From Hormiphora californensis (taxonomy: Eukaryota; Animalia; Ctenophora), in contig CM035353.1 of assembly GCA_020137815.1 (NCBI GenBank), forward strand, positions 248,001 to 312,000: a DNA stretch of 64,000 nucleotides, in the 5' to 3' direction. This document shows, one piece after another, positions 36,985 to 49,829 of the stretch. Under the pieces are notes generated by a model, which was not told the DNA's origin, did not search any database, and worked only from the letters and a program-made list of their open reading frames with translations. Each line of letters begins with the position of its first letter. Position 1 is the stretch's first letter. The translations under genes and the position numbers were made by a program.

Positions 36985-38035
36985 CCCCTCCAGACAAACA
37001 GAATGTACCCTACCCCCCCTCCAAACCCCCCTCTTACCCCCTAAAAGGGTACCCAGTACCCAGACCATACCCCCCCCCCCCCCATTACCCCAGATTACCC
37101 ATACCCCCCCAGACAAACAGAATGTACCCATTACCCCCCCAGACAAACAGAATGTACCCATTACCCCCAGACAAACAGAATGTCCATTACCCCCCCCCCA
37201 GACAAACAGAATGTACCCATTTCCCCCCCAGACAAACAGAATGTACCCTTACCCCCCAGACACCAGAATCTACCCATTACCCCCAGCAAAAGAATGTACC
37301 CATTACCCCCCAGACAAACAGAATGTACCCATTACCCCCCAGACAAACAGAATGTACCCCCCCCCCCCAGACAAACAGAATGTACCCATTCACCCCCCCC
37401 AGACAAACAGAATGTACCCATTACCCCCCAGACAAACAGAATGTACCCATTACCCCCCAGACAAACAGAATGTACCCATTACCCCCCAGACAAACAGAAT
37501 GTACCCATAACCCCCCAGACAAACAGAATGTACCCGTTACCCCCCAGACAAACAGAATCTACCCATTACATCCCCCAGGCAAACAGAATGTACCCATTAC
37601 CCTCCAGACAAACAGAATGTACCCATTACCCCCCAGGCAAACAGAATGTACCCATTACCCCCCAGACAAACAGAATGTGCCCATTACCACCACAGCCCCA
37701 GACAACCAGAATGTGCCCCATTAACCCTCAGACAACAGAATGTACCCATTACCCCCCCAGACAAACAGAATGTACCCAAATAGCCCCCAGACAACAGAAT
37801 GTACCCGTTACCCCCCAGACAAACAGAATCTACCCTACATCCCCCAGGCAACCGAATGTACCATTACCCCCCCAGACAAACATGAATGTACCCATTACCC
37901 CCCCCCCCCAGACAAACAGAATGTACCCATTACCCCACAGACAAACAGAATGTACCCATTACCCCCCAGACAAACAGAATGTACCCATAACCCCCCAGAC
38001 AAACAGAATGTACACATTACCCCCCCAAACAAACA
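36985..38035. repeat. ~29-30-bp minisatellite (agacaaacagaatgtacccattacccccc)
   Basis: About 30 tandem copies with variable C-run length. Confidence 0.95.
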
Positions 38036-39887
38036 GAGGTTTTTGTATCGGCTCTCACTACACAGTGTGTGTGTGTGTGTGTGTATCTGTGTATCTATGT
38101 GTGTGTGTGTGAGGAAGATAATCACCTAAGGACCTGGCTTGTAGCAAGTGGTAGGAGAGAAAGGCTGAGAGAGAAAGGCAGAGAAGAGAAGAAGAGAGAG
38201 AGACGGAGAAGCAGAGAGAGAGAGAGGGAAGAGGAGAGAGAGATGGGAGAGAGAGTAGAGAGAAGAGAAGACGAGAGGAGCGAGAGAGAGACGAGAGAGA
38301 GAAAGAGAGAGAGAAGAGAGATGAGAGAGAGAGAGAGAGAGAGAGAAAGAGGAGAGAGCGATGAGAGAGAGAGGAGAGAGAGAGAGAGAGACGATAGAGA
38401 GAGAGAGAGAGAGCAAGCGGGAAGGCAGAGAGAGAGAAAGAGAGCCAGGGGGAAAGGCAGTGAGAGAGAGAGAGAGAAGGAGAGCCAGGGGGAAAGATAG
38501 ATAGGGAAACGCTGTGGGTACATTACAGAGAAAAATGGCTTACCTTACTCTCGTTAATTAAGCTCCTATATTTCAAGAAACTTTAAAATAAGCAACTTTT
38601 TTCTAAGAAACCACAAGAGTAAGCAATAAAAAACTAAACGAATTTCTCGTTTGTTGAGAAACTTAAGAAGTTAGTTGTTTCCTATTTTGTTGGGGTGTCT
38701 CTAAATTTTGGTATTATGAAACAACTCCTCTGCGCTATATTAGCTGACGTAATATAATAACAGGGATGACTTCGTAACCAAACATACATTGATCACCACA
38801 CCCGGCGCATTGGGGACGGGAACTGACCAGTTGTAGCCCAGGCGTGACCGAGGGGGATTCAGGAGGAACCACAGCAACCCTATTGATAACGTATCTTATT
38901 GGGTAAGGTAGTACGTGGACATAAATATCGGTCAATAGATATATACACAGGTAGCATAGCGCCTAGATGGTATAATCACACTGATAAGAAGGAAAACGAG
39001 AAGGGAATATCAACTTTTATGAGACTAGCACACCCATTGGGGCTTTTTGATAATCCACCCGGCTTCGCCGGGCGGTTCTTTTCGCCACTTTCAACGTCAA
39101 TAACACGGTTGCCATGGCAACTGAATTGGTAACTATGGGGACTGGAATGTTAAAGGTCATTCGAAAATATTAACAAACTTCCACTGGAAGTTCAAACAGT
39201 GTTAATAACAGCTTTACAGCTGAGGTTCGTTACGTTGCATTTCGTTTCACTTTTGCTTGTCTCAGACACCAAAAAGGGCTATTTTCCTCAATAAAATGCA
39301 ACTCAAATCTGTTTCTAGTTCTCATTTCCATCACACATGACCTCCCAGTTACCACTGAACCGTCTCCCGGGCCTGGCCTGGTCTCATTACTAAATTACAG
39401 CTACGTTTTTGTCCAATATTACCCCCCGCCCCACCCCCACCCACCCTCCCCCACCCACCTCTCCCAATATAGCGGACATTGCAAAACACCACACTACATA
39501 GACAATCCTTGTGTTTTGGTGCACTAAGTCGCTTATCGCGTGTAACAACTAACAAATGTTCTTATCTATCTCATCCGAATGGTCTTCTAGAACATTTTAC
39601 ACTCTACACTGCTACAATCTGCCCAACCCCTTGTTTGTGTTTGATCGTCTTCGTTTCCGTTTATCTTTATCACCATTGGAAATGTTTACACCTCTCATCT
39701 CATCACCAACAACATCACGGTACCAATCATCCATCAAGGTCGTAAGTTCACCTGTCCGTATTGTTTGTTCATTTATTGTGTACAGTTGATATTGTGAATG
39801 TAATTGAATATTCAATAATTAAGAGTAAGACAAGACATAGCTTGAGAGTGTGCCCCAGACAGACCAACATACGATAAATATCAAACC

Positions 39888-40057
39888 AGACCAAGACCCT
39901 CTCAAAGGCAAAACGTTACCTACCCGACCAAGACCCTCTCAAAGGCAAAACGTTACCTATTTTCAAGACCAAGACCCTCTCAAAGGCAAAATGTTACCTA
40001 CCCGACCAAGACCCTCTCAAAGGCAAAACGTTACCTAACGGACCAAGATCCTCTCAA
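39888..40057. repeat. ~37-bp tandem repeat (gaccaagaccctctcaaaggcaaaacgttacctacc)
   Basis: Four to five direct copies. Confidence 0.85.
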
Positions 40058-41081
40058 ATGTTCCAGAAATTTAAACCATGAGTCTCTTTCTCTCCCAGGG
40101 GAGAGAAAGGGACTCAGCGCCATAGTTACCACATACCCGGGTTGGTATGGAGGTTTGCTGAGCGTATCCCATGGTTTAGTGACAAACAAACAAACAAACA
40201 AACAAACAGCTTTACAGCTTTCGCCATAGTGTTTTATGAAGGAGCACTGTCGCGTAGAAACGCACTGAACGAACGGCCATCACGATATTATAATAGAGAT
40301 AAATATCGTTGTTATTGACAATAATATTGTCACAATTCATGCATCAGAGAATATCAGTTTTATTCAATGAATAAAACTGATATTCCTTCGGGTCTCCTAC
40401 TTCAAAGCTTGATATTTGAAACTTCCAGGCAGTGTGAAGTTAAACCTTTCTGACACCTGTCATCTACTACACACAGAGAGAGAGAGACTCGATCATTTCC
40501 GTGTACTTCTCGCTAGAGCTGTCCGATTTGTGGGCCATAATTCTTAGATTAAATGCAGAACATATTTAATACATTCTGCAATCAGCTGTCTCAAATCCTA
40601 TTTCGACACAGTTGAAAACAACAAAAAAAGTTCAAAAAGCAAGTGTGTGGGGCAAGCGAGAAGAGAGGGTCGAGTAAGGCAAAATTTTGGACGGGATTTC
40701 TATTAACATTTGAGTAAAGTCGGATTTTTTGAAGTTGTCACCCCCCTTTTCATGCGCAGTGTCGTATTTGCGTGTGACAGCCCCCACTTCCTCTCACTGA
40801 CATCCTCCCACTTCCTCTCACTGACATTTTGACACAATGTTGTTGAGCTTAATATGCGAGATATGTGTTTCAAGCCCAAAAATGCAGAAATTCCTACTTT
40901 TAAGCCAATACAGGTTTTCTCTATACCAGTACTGGGTTTGGTGACGCGGTCCCACCTACACTAGGGCCGCGCGAAGCGCGGCAAACGAAGCCGGCTGAGT
41001 GTATATATTATAACATAATAGGGGATGTCATCACCAAGTACTGGGTACAAAAAAGGGAATTCGAGACCTATTCCAATCTTG

Positions 41082-41826
41082 CTAATCGGACACAATCGAA
41101 CAGGCACAGGAATTCTTAGAAAGTCTGGAAACGGCAGCGGCTGCAGTTGGTCTTCACCTGAATGAAGGGAAGACTAAGTTTATGGCTACTGGTATAGAGG
41201 AACCTTCCCTCGTTAGCTCTACGGGAAACTATCTAGAACAAGTGGAAGATTTCGTTTACCTTGGTGCCCACCTTAAATCGACGGAGAAGGATTTTAACAT
41301 TAGGAAGGCTAAGGCCTGGGCAGCCTGTCATAGACTCAAAGGAATATGGAAAACTGACCTGAGAAGGAGCATTAAGGTAAACCTGTTCCGTACTACTGTA
41401 GAGGCTATTCTATTATACGGCGCTGAAACGTGGACCCTTACATCTACTATGGAGAAACAATTGGATGGCTGTTATAGTAGGATGCTACGCATGGCGCTTG
41501 GCATCAACTGGTGGGATAGGGTCTCTAATGAGGAAGTCTTCCAGAATGTCCCCAGAGTTTCTGAGACTGTGAGGACTCGTAGACTTAGGCTGGCTGGACA
41601 TGTCCACAGGCACGAGGAGCTAACAGCTCACCAACTGCTGTTTTGGGAACCTGATAGGGGCTCTAGAAGCCGGGGTAGACCCAAGAAAACCTATATTAAC
41701 CAGCTCAGGGAGGATACTGGCCTATCTAATGATGGCGATATCAAGAGGCTAATGGAAGATCGTGTGCTGTGGCGGACCGAACTGACTGCTCGGACAATGA
41801 AGCCGCCTTAAGTAAGTAAGTAAGTA
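41082..41826 (+). mobile_element. 5'-truncated RTE-clade LINE (RT C-terminal part)
   Basis: GLHLNEGKTKFM, EQVEDFVYLGA, ILLYGAETWTLT, RRLRLAGHV and RSRGRPKKTY motifs. The element ends in a (TAAG)n tail, typical of RTE. Confidence 0.9.
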
Positions 41827-42367
41827 GCTAACAAGATTTTGTCACACCCTGGTTACGTTACTTGTTGCTTGCATGGAGGTGACATGACGCTTGTTGTTTT
41901 AATTTCATCTCTACAGTGCAAATCTCTCATTTTCAGCGAAAATATGTTTTCGGAAAAAGTTACCATTTTAATTCATTAATTTCACCCACTAACCTTGATT
42001 CATTTTCAATGAAATTTCAGATTGCCATTGATAAATGTTAACACTATTGAGTGGCTGCGATTTTGCGATCAAATAGACTTGGAACAAGGGAAAACCTTCA
42101 ATTAACTAAAAAACAGGAAATTACGTTCATTAATGAATTTCTGCATTTTTGGACTTGAAAATCTGTACACATATCTCGCATTTAAGCTCAACAACATTGT
42201 GTCAAAATTTCAGAACCATTGGAATTAAGGTGCCGCAGAAATCTAAGATTTAAGACCCTCCCTTTTTATTGGCCCACTCGGTATAAAGAAGCTTTCATTT
42301 GCTTCATTCTCTACTGCTATGGTGAATACAATTTAGAACATGTACAGAGATAGAAAGAGAGAACAGG

Positions 42368-42439
<72 letters not shown>

Positions 42440-42799
42440 GAAAGAGTGAGATTAGAGAAAGAAAGAGAGAACGTGGTCTTGATGCAAGCTGTATTGCGGT
42501 CTTGATTCTAAACACATAATATGTACACACAAACACACACACAATCACACGTAGAAGTAAAAAGGGGGGGGGGGCTGCGTATTTTAATGTCCCGTGATTT
42601 TTTCCCTGCCCGGGTGAAAACGTGCTAAAAAGATCATTCTGAGTTTTTTATTGAAATCACCAGAGATTAGATCTTCATTGAATCTGTATCTTCTGTATCT
42701 TCTGTATTTGACCTTTTCCTTGCATGTTCCTCAGGAAGAGGGATGGAATCTTGCCGGTTTTCTGCCGGAAACTACAAAAATTGAAATTTTCAAATCGGG

Positions 42800-43030
42800 T
42801 TTTAGCTCTACAAAACGCTTGTTCGCCCAATTCTAGAATACTGTTCAACTGTGTGGAACCCGTCATCGGTTGGTAAAATTCCCCAATTAGAGCAGGTGCA
42901 ACGGAATTTTACCACACGTATCCTGGGCTGTCAGAACTTGGACAATTATACTCCATTTATTTTCAACTGTTCCCAGAACCTGGACTACTGGCAGCGGCTA
43001 GAGGCGCTTGACCTCGAGAGGTTACTCTTT
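42800..43030 (+). pseudogene. Fragment of CR1-group LINE ORF2 C-terminus
   Basis: LEYCSTVWNPSSVGKIPQLEQVQRNFTTRILGCQNLD...LDYWQRLEAL. Confidence 0.65.
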
Positions 43031-43809
43031 CAGAAAAACTTCCTGGGTTCAAGGAAAACCTTGGTATGAAGGAATTCTATGACAGACCACCGGTGTGTGG
43101 CTATATGACGGTCCCTAATGAGTTTCGAGAGGCAGAAAGGAAGATGTACTGGTGTACTTTCTTTGTACATTTTCAAGAGCTTGGATGTCTGAGATTTTTG
43201 AAGAGTCCCATAGTGCACAGCAATACTCGAGTTTACTCCGTTTATCCAATCGATATGAAACTTAGTCAGTATGTGCATCTTGATGTCCTTTGGCCAGGGG
43301 TTCCCAGGAAACGGATTGGCAATATGAGAGTTGACTGGAGTTCTTAAAATTTCACGAAGTTTGAAGTTTTTCGTAGATTTTGGGGAAAATTGGGGGGGGA
43401 GGCCAATATCGGCCTTGAAATAAAATATGTAATAAATTATGCAGCATAAATCATTTGAATCAATTTATAATTGTGGAGTTAGTCCATACGATATAGATAT
43501 TCATCAGGGTCACTCGCAGCCGTCTTGCCCGGGCGCCGTTACGATCTGGGTGTTTGGAGGCCTGTTTACAGGTGCGCGCTGCCAAAAAAGTTGATTCACT
43601 AAAATGGCTCTAACCGCCAAACCACTCAACCGTTTTGGCTGATTCAAAGTTTATCTGGTAGGGAATGTCAAGGCCTAACCCCAACCCAAACCCCAACCCT
43701 AACCCTACTTTAGCCCTAACCCTAAAAAACCGTTTGTCAGCACTCCCAAAACACCCAGATTTTAACGCTGGCCGTCTTGCCCCTACCCCTTCCCCGAATC
43801 GGGGCCCCC

Positions 43810-44126
43810 GATGTCCCCTGATTGATTCAGTTATTGAGCGAACCATTGCAAATGATAGGCGCAGTCTGAGATATCGAACACAATCCTGTTTGGTATAGCC
43901 GGTTTTAGTGGATTTTCTGTTGGCCAGCTGTTTTAGAGTGTTCTTGAATTCTCGACCCAGTCCACCCGATGTTGACATGACAAGTGGAGTAAACACCGCC
44001 TTTTCAAGAAGAAGAACTCGTTGCAGATAAGCTTTCTTCTTCTCAGTTTCATGCTTCTCATACGTCTTCTGGATGCTCTGGTTTGCATTGGACTTTACCC
44101 TTGGATTAAATATCCTTACGTCAAAA
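43810..44126 (-). pseudogene. Restriction-like endonuclease C-terminal fragment of a CRE-type non-LTR retrotransposon
   Basis: FDVRIFNP...HETEKKKAYLQRV...FTPLVMSTSGGLG...RLRLSFAMVRS...IRG matches the pattern I recognise for the CRE-clade RLE domain. Confidence 0.7.
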
Positions 44127-44446
44127 TAATAATACAAATACAAATACAAATATACATTTATTGTCCGCTTTTCATTGTTCATATTTTAAAGAACAACACG
44201 AGTTCTGTTAGGTCTTGACTACTTGCATCACTTGGTGCGGACTTCGTCTCACTAACTCTCGTTTCAAAAGCGGTTAGTTCTATACCAAGGATTTCCAGAT
44301 GTTATTTCAAGATGATATTTTTCTGTAGGAGAACCAAGGAGCGGGAGAGAAGTCATACTCGTTGTAGCCTGCATCTCACCACACTGGCTGTACTTCTATA
44401 AGTAAAGCCCATCACACTCCACTGCACCACACCATACCGACTGTAC

Positions 44447-45116
44447 TGTAGTATCGGTGGTCAAAGGGCTGGTCGTCTAAAGCCGAGGTTCGTACCTGGT
44501 CAGACGCGATGACAGACGAGGTGAAGAGGTGTCGAGGTGAAGAGGTGAAGAGGTGTAGAGATGTAGAGATGTAGAGGTGTAGGGATGTAAATCGAGGGGA
44601 TTACCGTTGTCGGAGGTGACAGGTATTGTAGGTTGTAGTGTTGAAGGTTGTAAGGGTGGATGTAGAAGGGTTTTGTGAAGTTGTATTTATCAAAATAAAC
44701 GAACGGTTTTTGGGGTAACAAAACAAAAGGTAAAGCGTAAAACTTAGAAGTGAAGGCGGAGTTTGTTGTGATGATTAATATCTTTTCGCCTTCCCATCGT
44801 CATGCCCATTGGCTTTAGCCAATTAGGAATGCCGATGATCAAGTGCGGTTGTTCTGAGTTGTTCTGACTAGTTCTGACTAGTTCTGAGTAGTTCTGAGTT
44901 GTTCTGACTAGTTCTGACTAGTTCTGAGTAGTTCTGAGCTGTACTGACGTTATATAATAGCTGTTCTGTCTCTATGCTCTCTAGTTCTCTGTGGTTACAT
45001 AGCAACAGAGGGAGAGAGAGAGAGAGAGAGAGAGCAATAACGATTAACAGCTAGAGGTATAGAGAACTACTGATATATATCTCTCTGGGCTCTCACTATC
45101 AGCCCCATATAGTACA
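44447..45116 (-). repeat. 3' LTR (670 bp)
   Basis: Direct repeat of 59278-59946 (about 9 substitutions and 1 indel by eye). Contains a 10-bp gttctgacta tandem array at 44851-44940. Confidence 0.95.
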
Positions 45117-45133
45117 TCTCACCCCCCCCCTTT
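45117..45133 (-). other. Polypurine tract (plus-strand primer site)
   Basis: AAAGGGGGGGGGTGAGA on the - strand, directly 5' of the 3' LTR. Confidence 0.85.
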
Positions 45134-45324
45134 ATAAAGAAAGGGTGATTATCACAAACAAATCCTGTACACGTCTCACTGTGATCATAATAATCTATAG
45201 CGACAAAAGTGTTCAAAAAATTTTGATAGATAGTAAATTCTCTTTCTCGTATCTATTGTATCATACCACAAATTACTATGGGTCTTAAATCATTACCACG
45301 TATCTTTACTATCTTTTGCTTGAC

Positions 45325-45669
45325 ATGTCTCGCTTAATGCTGTCTTCCTATGAACTCAGCAAACTAGCAACATGTTTCTACCATATCTATGGTCTGGAGA
45401 GGACACACTTTATAAAGTCGATCCTCTCACCGCTACTACTCCAGCACATTGCGAGGAGCTGTATAATTAACGTCGCGGACCAAAATATACACCGAGTTAA
45501 GCAGATATTTCGTAACTTCTGGTATAGGCGGTCCTGGAATACGATCGCCCCCGACGGTTTAAACCCTCGTGGCGATCGTTATAGGTCGCTATTTAATAAC
45601 AAGGACTACTCCAGGAGACTGATTTATATGCCGGATGTTCTGGTGAACTTTCCTGCAATTCCAAATTAA
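45325..45669 (+). CDS. Putative antisense accessory ORF (114 aa), unknown function
   Basis: ATG-initiated, non-repetitive ORF next to the 3' LTR, followed by T-rich sequence. No recognisable motif. Confidence 0.35.
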   Translation: MSRLMLSSYELSKLATCFYHIYGLERTHFIKSILSPLLLQHIARSCIINVADQNIHRVKQIFRNFWYRRSWNTIAPDGLNPRGDRYRSLFNNKDYSRRLIYMPDVLVNFPAIPN

Positions 45670-46240
45670 TGGACCCCATTTTTCGAGACTAAGATTTTAT
45701 TTTGTAATTTTCTATTTATTTTTCTCTTATTGTACTCCTTTTTTCAACATTTTCTATCAGCTTCAGCGTGTTACTTTTAACGGGTACTCTACCCCCCGTT
45801 AATTACAGTTTGATGGTCTCGTATGTCCAAATGTGTCAATATTATTTATTGTTTTTGAAAAAAAAAATTTTTGTGTTTAATTTAGAGTTTTCGGGTGCCA
45901 CTGCAAGGTAAGTAACGACTCTAGTTTTCGGGTACTTACGGCACTAATTGTCTTTTCTATTTTCAGATAATTTTGTTTGGACGAGGACCATCTTACTCTC
46001 TATACTAAGGTATTTAAAATAGAAAGACTCTCTATTCGGTCGAGAGTTCTTAATTAGACTCTGGGTTCTGTTCAGAGTTCTTGCTATTTCCCCGTCTAAT
46101 GGCCGTTCAGAGTATTTGTGGAGTGCACTTGTAACCGATAATGTGGTGGTAGTTGCCGGAAACCCACAGCTGGAGCAATTAGCCAGGACCCGAAATAGCC
46201 TGGAAGTGGACCATTAAATTACGTTGGTTTATCTGAGAGC

Positions 46241-46855
46241 TTATTGGTCAGTTCTCCTGTTTAACCTCCTTCGCTGACACTGCGTAATATTTCTCTGTCT
46301 TCTGAGCTTGGTTACTGCAGTTCGTATCTCGTTAGGCAGTGTGAGGTTGATGCTCTCTTCCACTTCGGCCTTAGATTTGTCCAAGGTGGTGATATTGACA
46401 TCTCCATTCCTGACTTGGTGATGTAGTACTAGGGCTAGTTGTGACACTTTTCGCCTTGTACTGTTCCCCATTATCTGGTGTCTGGTTAACAGGCGTTTTG
46501 AGATTTCTGTGCAGGTGTGAATTGTGTCGTCCTTCTCACTCGTTGTAAGTTCACCATACACCGTGTCATTTAGCCCTTTACACCATATCTTTGTGATTTT
46601 CCTGGCGACCCTTATGTACTTTCTCACTAGATTTGCCACTGTGATTGTTTCCATCTTAGCGAGATATCTGGTGATGATTTCTGTTTTTGTCTCGCTATAC
46701 GTTGTTGTCCAGTGGGCGATGTTGAATCCGGCCTCTATCCCGCTTTCCAAAATTTCTCCGAGGATGAGATCTATGTATCCCTGGGAATTTGGCCATGTCT
46801 GGTCCAAGCAGGCCATAAGAAAGGCCGCGATATACCGGTACTTGGTGTACTCCAT
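46241..46855 (-). CDS. Orphan accessory protein of the LTR element (204 aa, Arg-rich C-terminus)
   Basis: Open ORF downstream of env2. The ATG at 46855 directly follows TTTCAG, and the protein ends KLRRQRNITQCQRRRLNRRTDQ. Confidence 0.7.
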   Translation of the reverse strand: MEYTKYRYIAAFLMACLDQTWPNSQGYIDLILGEILESGIEAGFNIAHWTTTYSETKTEIITRYLAKMETITVANLVRKYIRVARKITKIWCKGLNDTVYGELTTSEKDDTIHTCTEISKRLLTRHQIMGNSTRRKVSQLALVLHHQVRNGDVNITTLDKSKAEVEESINLTLPNEIRTAVTKLRRQRNITQCQRRRLNRRTDQ

Positions 46856-47270
46856 CTGAAATGTTTTTACTGGTTGTGTGTTGGCTTGTGTAGACGGTGC
46901 GTGTTTCAAGTCCCGACGGACGGACACGTGTTTTAAGTCTCGTCAGACGGGGTACGTAATGAAATGCCTCGCCAGGCTGATCTGTGTTTTGTTGGTCTCA
47001 GCAGACCTGTGTAGCGTTCACCGTTGATTAACCGGTATGACTGAGGTCTTATACGCCATCCCATTCATAATTACAACACGACAATTCTTAAATAATTTAC
47101 AGTTCCCATAAACTGTGACGTTTGTCGGTCTGTCTTGTCATTTTAGGTTTATTTGGGGACCTTTACTGTCGAAAAAAAAAAAATTTTATTTCCTACTATT
47201 AGTATAATTTTGTATATCTATTTTTTTTCTTTCTTTTCTTGTGACTATATTATTTTTTTTTTTTAATTAA

Positions 47271-49829
47271 TTATTTATCTAGGTTTTGAATTAGATGTGA
47301 TAACCTACTTTGTGCATTTTCTGGTGTTATTTCAGCAGTGCTCCTAGTTCTAGCTCGTAGTCCTGATGACGAGGGAGCTTCTACTAGGTTGGATATATTT
47401 GGTGTGCTGAATGTTCTTTGTTGTTCTTGCACTTCTGAATGTACTAATTCATGTAGGTCATCATTTAGTTTTTCATACATTATATTTTCGGTGAGTTGTG
47501 TATGTCGTCCCGGGGCTGGTGGTGCCCTTGTGGGTTTAGTTATTGAACTCGCGTTAAGTAATGTGGCTGGTGTGCTAAATCTTACTTCCTTTGTGAGTTC
47601 TGGCATGCTTTGGAACCTGTTTTCTCTGTGTGTTATTAGAGTCTCAGGTCTAGGTGGTAGTGGCCTTTCTCGGTGAAGCATCTCTATTTCTTCGTTGTGT
47701 TGTGTTGTGATATTTTGTCCTGATGTGGTGTTGGGTGGATGTGTTGTGTTACTATCTGTGGCTGTTCTTATTACCGATTGTACTTGTTTCTTATATTTCC
47801 TTAATCTGTAACATTGTCTGGCTACTATCAGACCGATAATTGTGAGTACGGAGAGAGCAACGGCTGCTACTCCTGCCCATTTGACGACTTCATCTTGCCA
47901 ATTACCTGGTAAGGAATGCTTTTTGAACTCGTCAAATGACTTTTTCATTTCATGTAGTGTTACTTCCTGTTTATCTGTAATTTTAACTAGTGTGCTTATG
48001 TTGCGCCTCACAATTCCGGATGCGGTACGCGCTACGAATTCTTCCCAGGGAACAATTTCCGGCATTTCCATCTCAATTTGTATAGTTGGTTCTTGGATGG
48101 ATTGCAGGACTCTGTTTCCCAGGACTACCATGGAATATTTGCTCCAGGGTAGGAATGCAGTGCCTTGTTTGCTCATCTGAACTTTATCTAGAGTGGTGAT
48201 GGTACTAGTTGCTTTCATGGCACTGATTTCGTGTTCACTATAAATTAGGACCCCTGCTGTGGTGAAGCTTGCTCTATCCACGCTCTCCACTAGCCTAATT
48301 TCGCAGTCGCCTTGTTTGTTAAGACAAGGGACTGCTACATGTTCTTTAGTAGATTTATCTGTTGATGGCCTGCTACAGATTTTTAGACTATTCGACCGTG
48401 AGTAGCAATTATCATTAATGATCTGGTAAAATTGGTCCCTAACCATATAAACTTCTTGTGGTAGATCCAGTTGGACACAGGTTCCGTTGTTCCTGAATCC
48501 AACTTGTTCCACCGCATATCTATTGTAAATTGAGGACTGTCTTAGTCCGGGTACTGTGAGCACAAAATGGAATTTGAATGAGTGGTCGGTTCTGACCATG
48601 CCAACGAGTGTTAATTTGCCTTGGGTCAGTATGCTCTCCGGCTTCTCTTGGTAAATGGTGCCAGAGAACCTACTGTCTTGTACCAACTCTCTTATGTGTT
48701 CCATGGTGAGTACTTCAGGAAGTACCCCCATGGTAAGTTCTGATTTGAGGACACCTGACAAAATGGTACGTATTTGGTTTTTCCACTTTGTCATTTGTCG
48801 CTCTCTCACAATTTGATATGCAACCGTGTCAATATCGCACTTTATTGAGTCTAGTTCTTCTTCTAGGACCTTATAAATTTCAACAATTTCTCTATTAAAT
48901 TTCACTTGCTCGTTTAAAAACTTGGTGTTTCCTTCCGCGAACTCACGAAATTGTTGATCTAGTCTCTTGACGTGTTTTCTAGTTTGGGCAGCCTCATACA
49001 TTGTAGCACCCAAACCTAGTAGAGCTGGTATTCCGACTGCTGCCATTATTACCCCCACATAACGTTTTTCTCGAGTGTTTGTGGTGGTAATATTGGTATT
49101 CCCGGTTGTATGGAGTTGGTATGCATCTACTAAATTTTTGTATTGTTTGTGGGAGTTTTCCCAAATTTCGTCGATTTCTCTGGATGTTTCATTTTTAAAG
49201 AATTCGGCCAAAGGTGTTTGTGGTAAATCTAGGTAACCATTGCACATACTGGGCAATTGTGGTTTCATACTTTCAACATCTATTGTCAGACTTTTCACGA
49301 ATCCCGGAATTTTTTGCCAAACTTGATGAAGTTTGACATTGTTTCCGTACAGAATTTTGTAACTGTCTCTTTCAGTATGGCATTTGCCTCCACCACCAAG
49401 AGCTCCTATTGGCTCAATAATTGCCAGGGAACAAAGCATGTTAAAGCATCTTTCCATGCATTTTTCAAAACTTTTGGGATTTCTCTCGTAATGTTCCATC
49501 ATGTGATGGTTTGCTACCAATTGAGGGGCTTTTTGAACTGCCGTGGTTAGCCAGCGATAGTTAGGTCGGCAATGAACGAGGTCTATGTCTCCGTCAGATT
49601 TTCTATTACATTGGAATCTCTTCAAGTCGGGTATGGGTGATGATAAAAATACTGACGCAAAAACACTTTCTGCACCAGCGGCGACATAACCTTGTGGTTT
49701 TAGGACAACTCCGATGTCCTTAAGGACTATAGGATCTAGTTGTAGCTCGAATTGAGCCTGCTGGTTCTCTGCCTCCATAAGGGCCGTGCCCAATAATGGG
49801 AGAATAAGTAGACATATCAGTCTCATCAT
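47271..49829 (-). CDS. env: Env2: class I viral fusion (F-like) glycoprotein
   Basis: 852 aa with signal peptide MMRLICLLILPLLGTA. A furin site REKR (49073-49062) is followed directly by the hydrophobic fusion peptide YVGVIMAAVGIPALLGLGA and a heptad region. It then has a Cys-rich region, a TM (WAGVAAVALSVLTIIGLIVA) and a ~180-aa tail. The layout matches paramyxo/pneumovirus F and baculovirus F/errantivirus Env. Confidence 0.85.
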   Translation of the reverse strand: MMRLICLLILPLLGTALMEAENQQAQFELQLDPIVLKDIGVVLKPQGYVAAGAESVFASVFLSSPIPDLKRFQCNRKSDGDIDLVHCRPNYRWLTTAVQKAPQLVANHHMMEHYERNPKSFEKCMERCFNMLCSLAIIEPIGALGGGGKCHTERDSYKILYGNNVKLHQVWQKIPGFVKSLTIDVESMKPQLPSMCNGYLDLPQTPLAEFFKNETSREIDEIWENSHKQYKNLVDAYQLHTTGNTNITTTNTREKRYVGVIMAAVGIPALLGLGATMYEAAQTRKHVKRLDQQFREFAEGNTKFLNEQVKFNREIVEIYKVLEEELDSIKCDIDTVAYQIVRERQMTKWKNQIRTILSGVLKSELTMGVLPEVLTMEHIRELVQDSRFSGTIYQEKPESILTQGKLTLVGMVRTDHSFKFHFVLTVPGLRQSSIYNRYAVEQVGFRNNGTCVQLDLPQEVYMVRDQFYQIINDNCYSRSNSLKICSRPSTDKSTKEHVAVPCLNKQGDCEIRLVESVDRASFTTAGVLIYSEHEISAMKATSTITTLDKVQMSKQGTAFLPWSKYSMVVLGNRVLQSIQEPTIQIEMEMPEIVPWEEFVARTASGIVRRNISTLVKITDKQEVTLHEMKKSFDEFKKHSLPGNWQDEVVKWAGVAAVALSVLTIIGLIVARQCYRLRKYKKQVQSVIRTATDSNTTHPPNTTSGQNITTQHNEEIEMLHRERPLPPRPETLITHRENRFQSMPELTKEVRFSTPATLLNASSITKPTRAPPAPGRHTQLTENIMYEKLNDDLHELVHSEVQEQQRTFSTPNISNLVEAPSSSGLRARTRSTAEITPENAQSRLSHLIQNLDK

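Noticed and set aside
36962-38129. Pro-rich ORFs and a CRISPR-like regular repeat
   Set aside because: Tandem minisatellite without unique spacers, no cas genes, and a eukaryotic context.
43674-43725. Telomere-like CCCTAA repeats
   Set aside because: Short, degenerate and interstitial; probably part of a small dispersed repeat.
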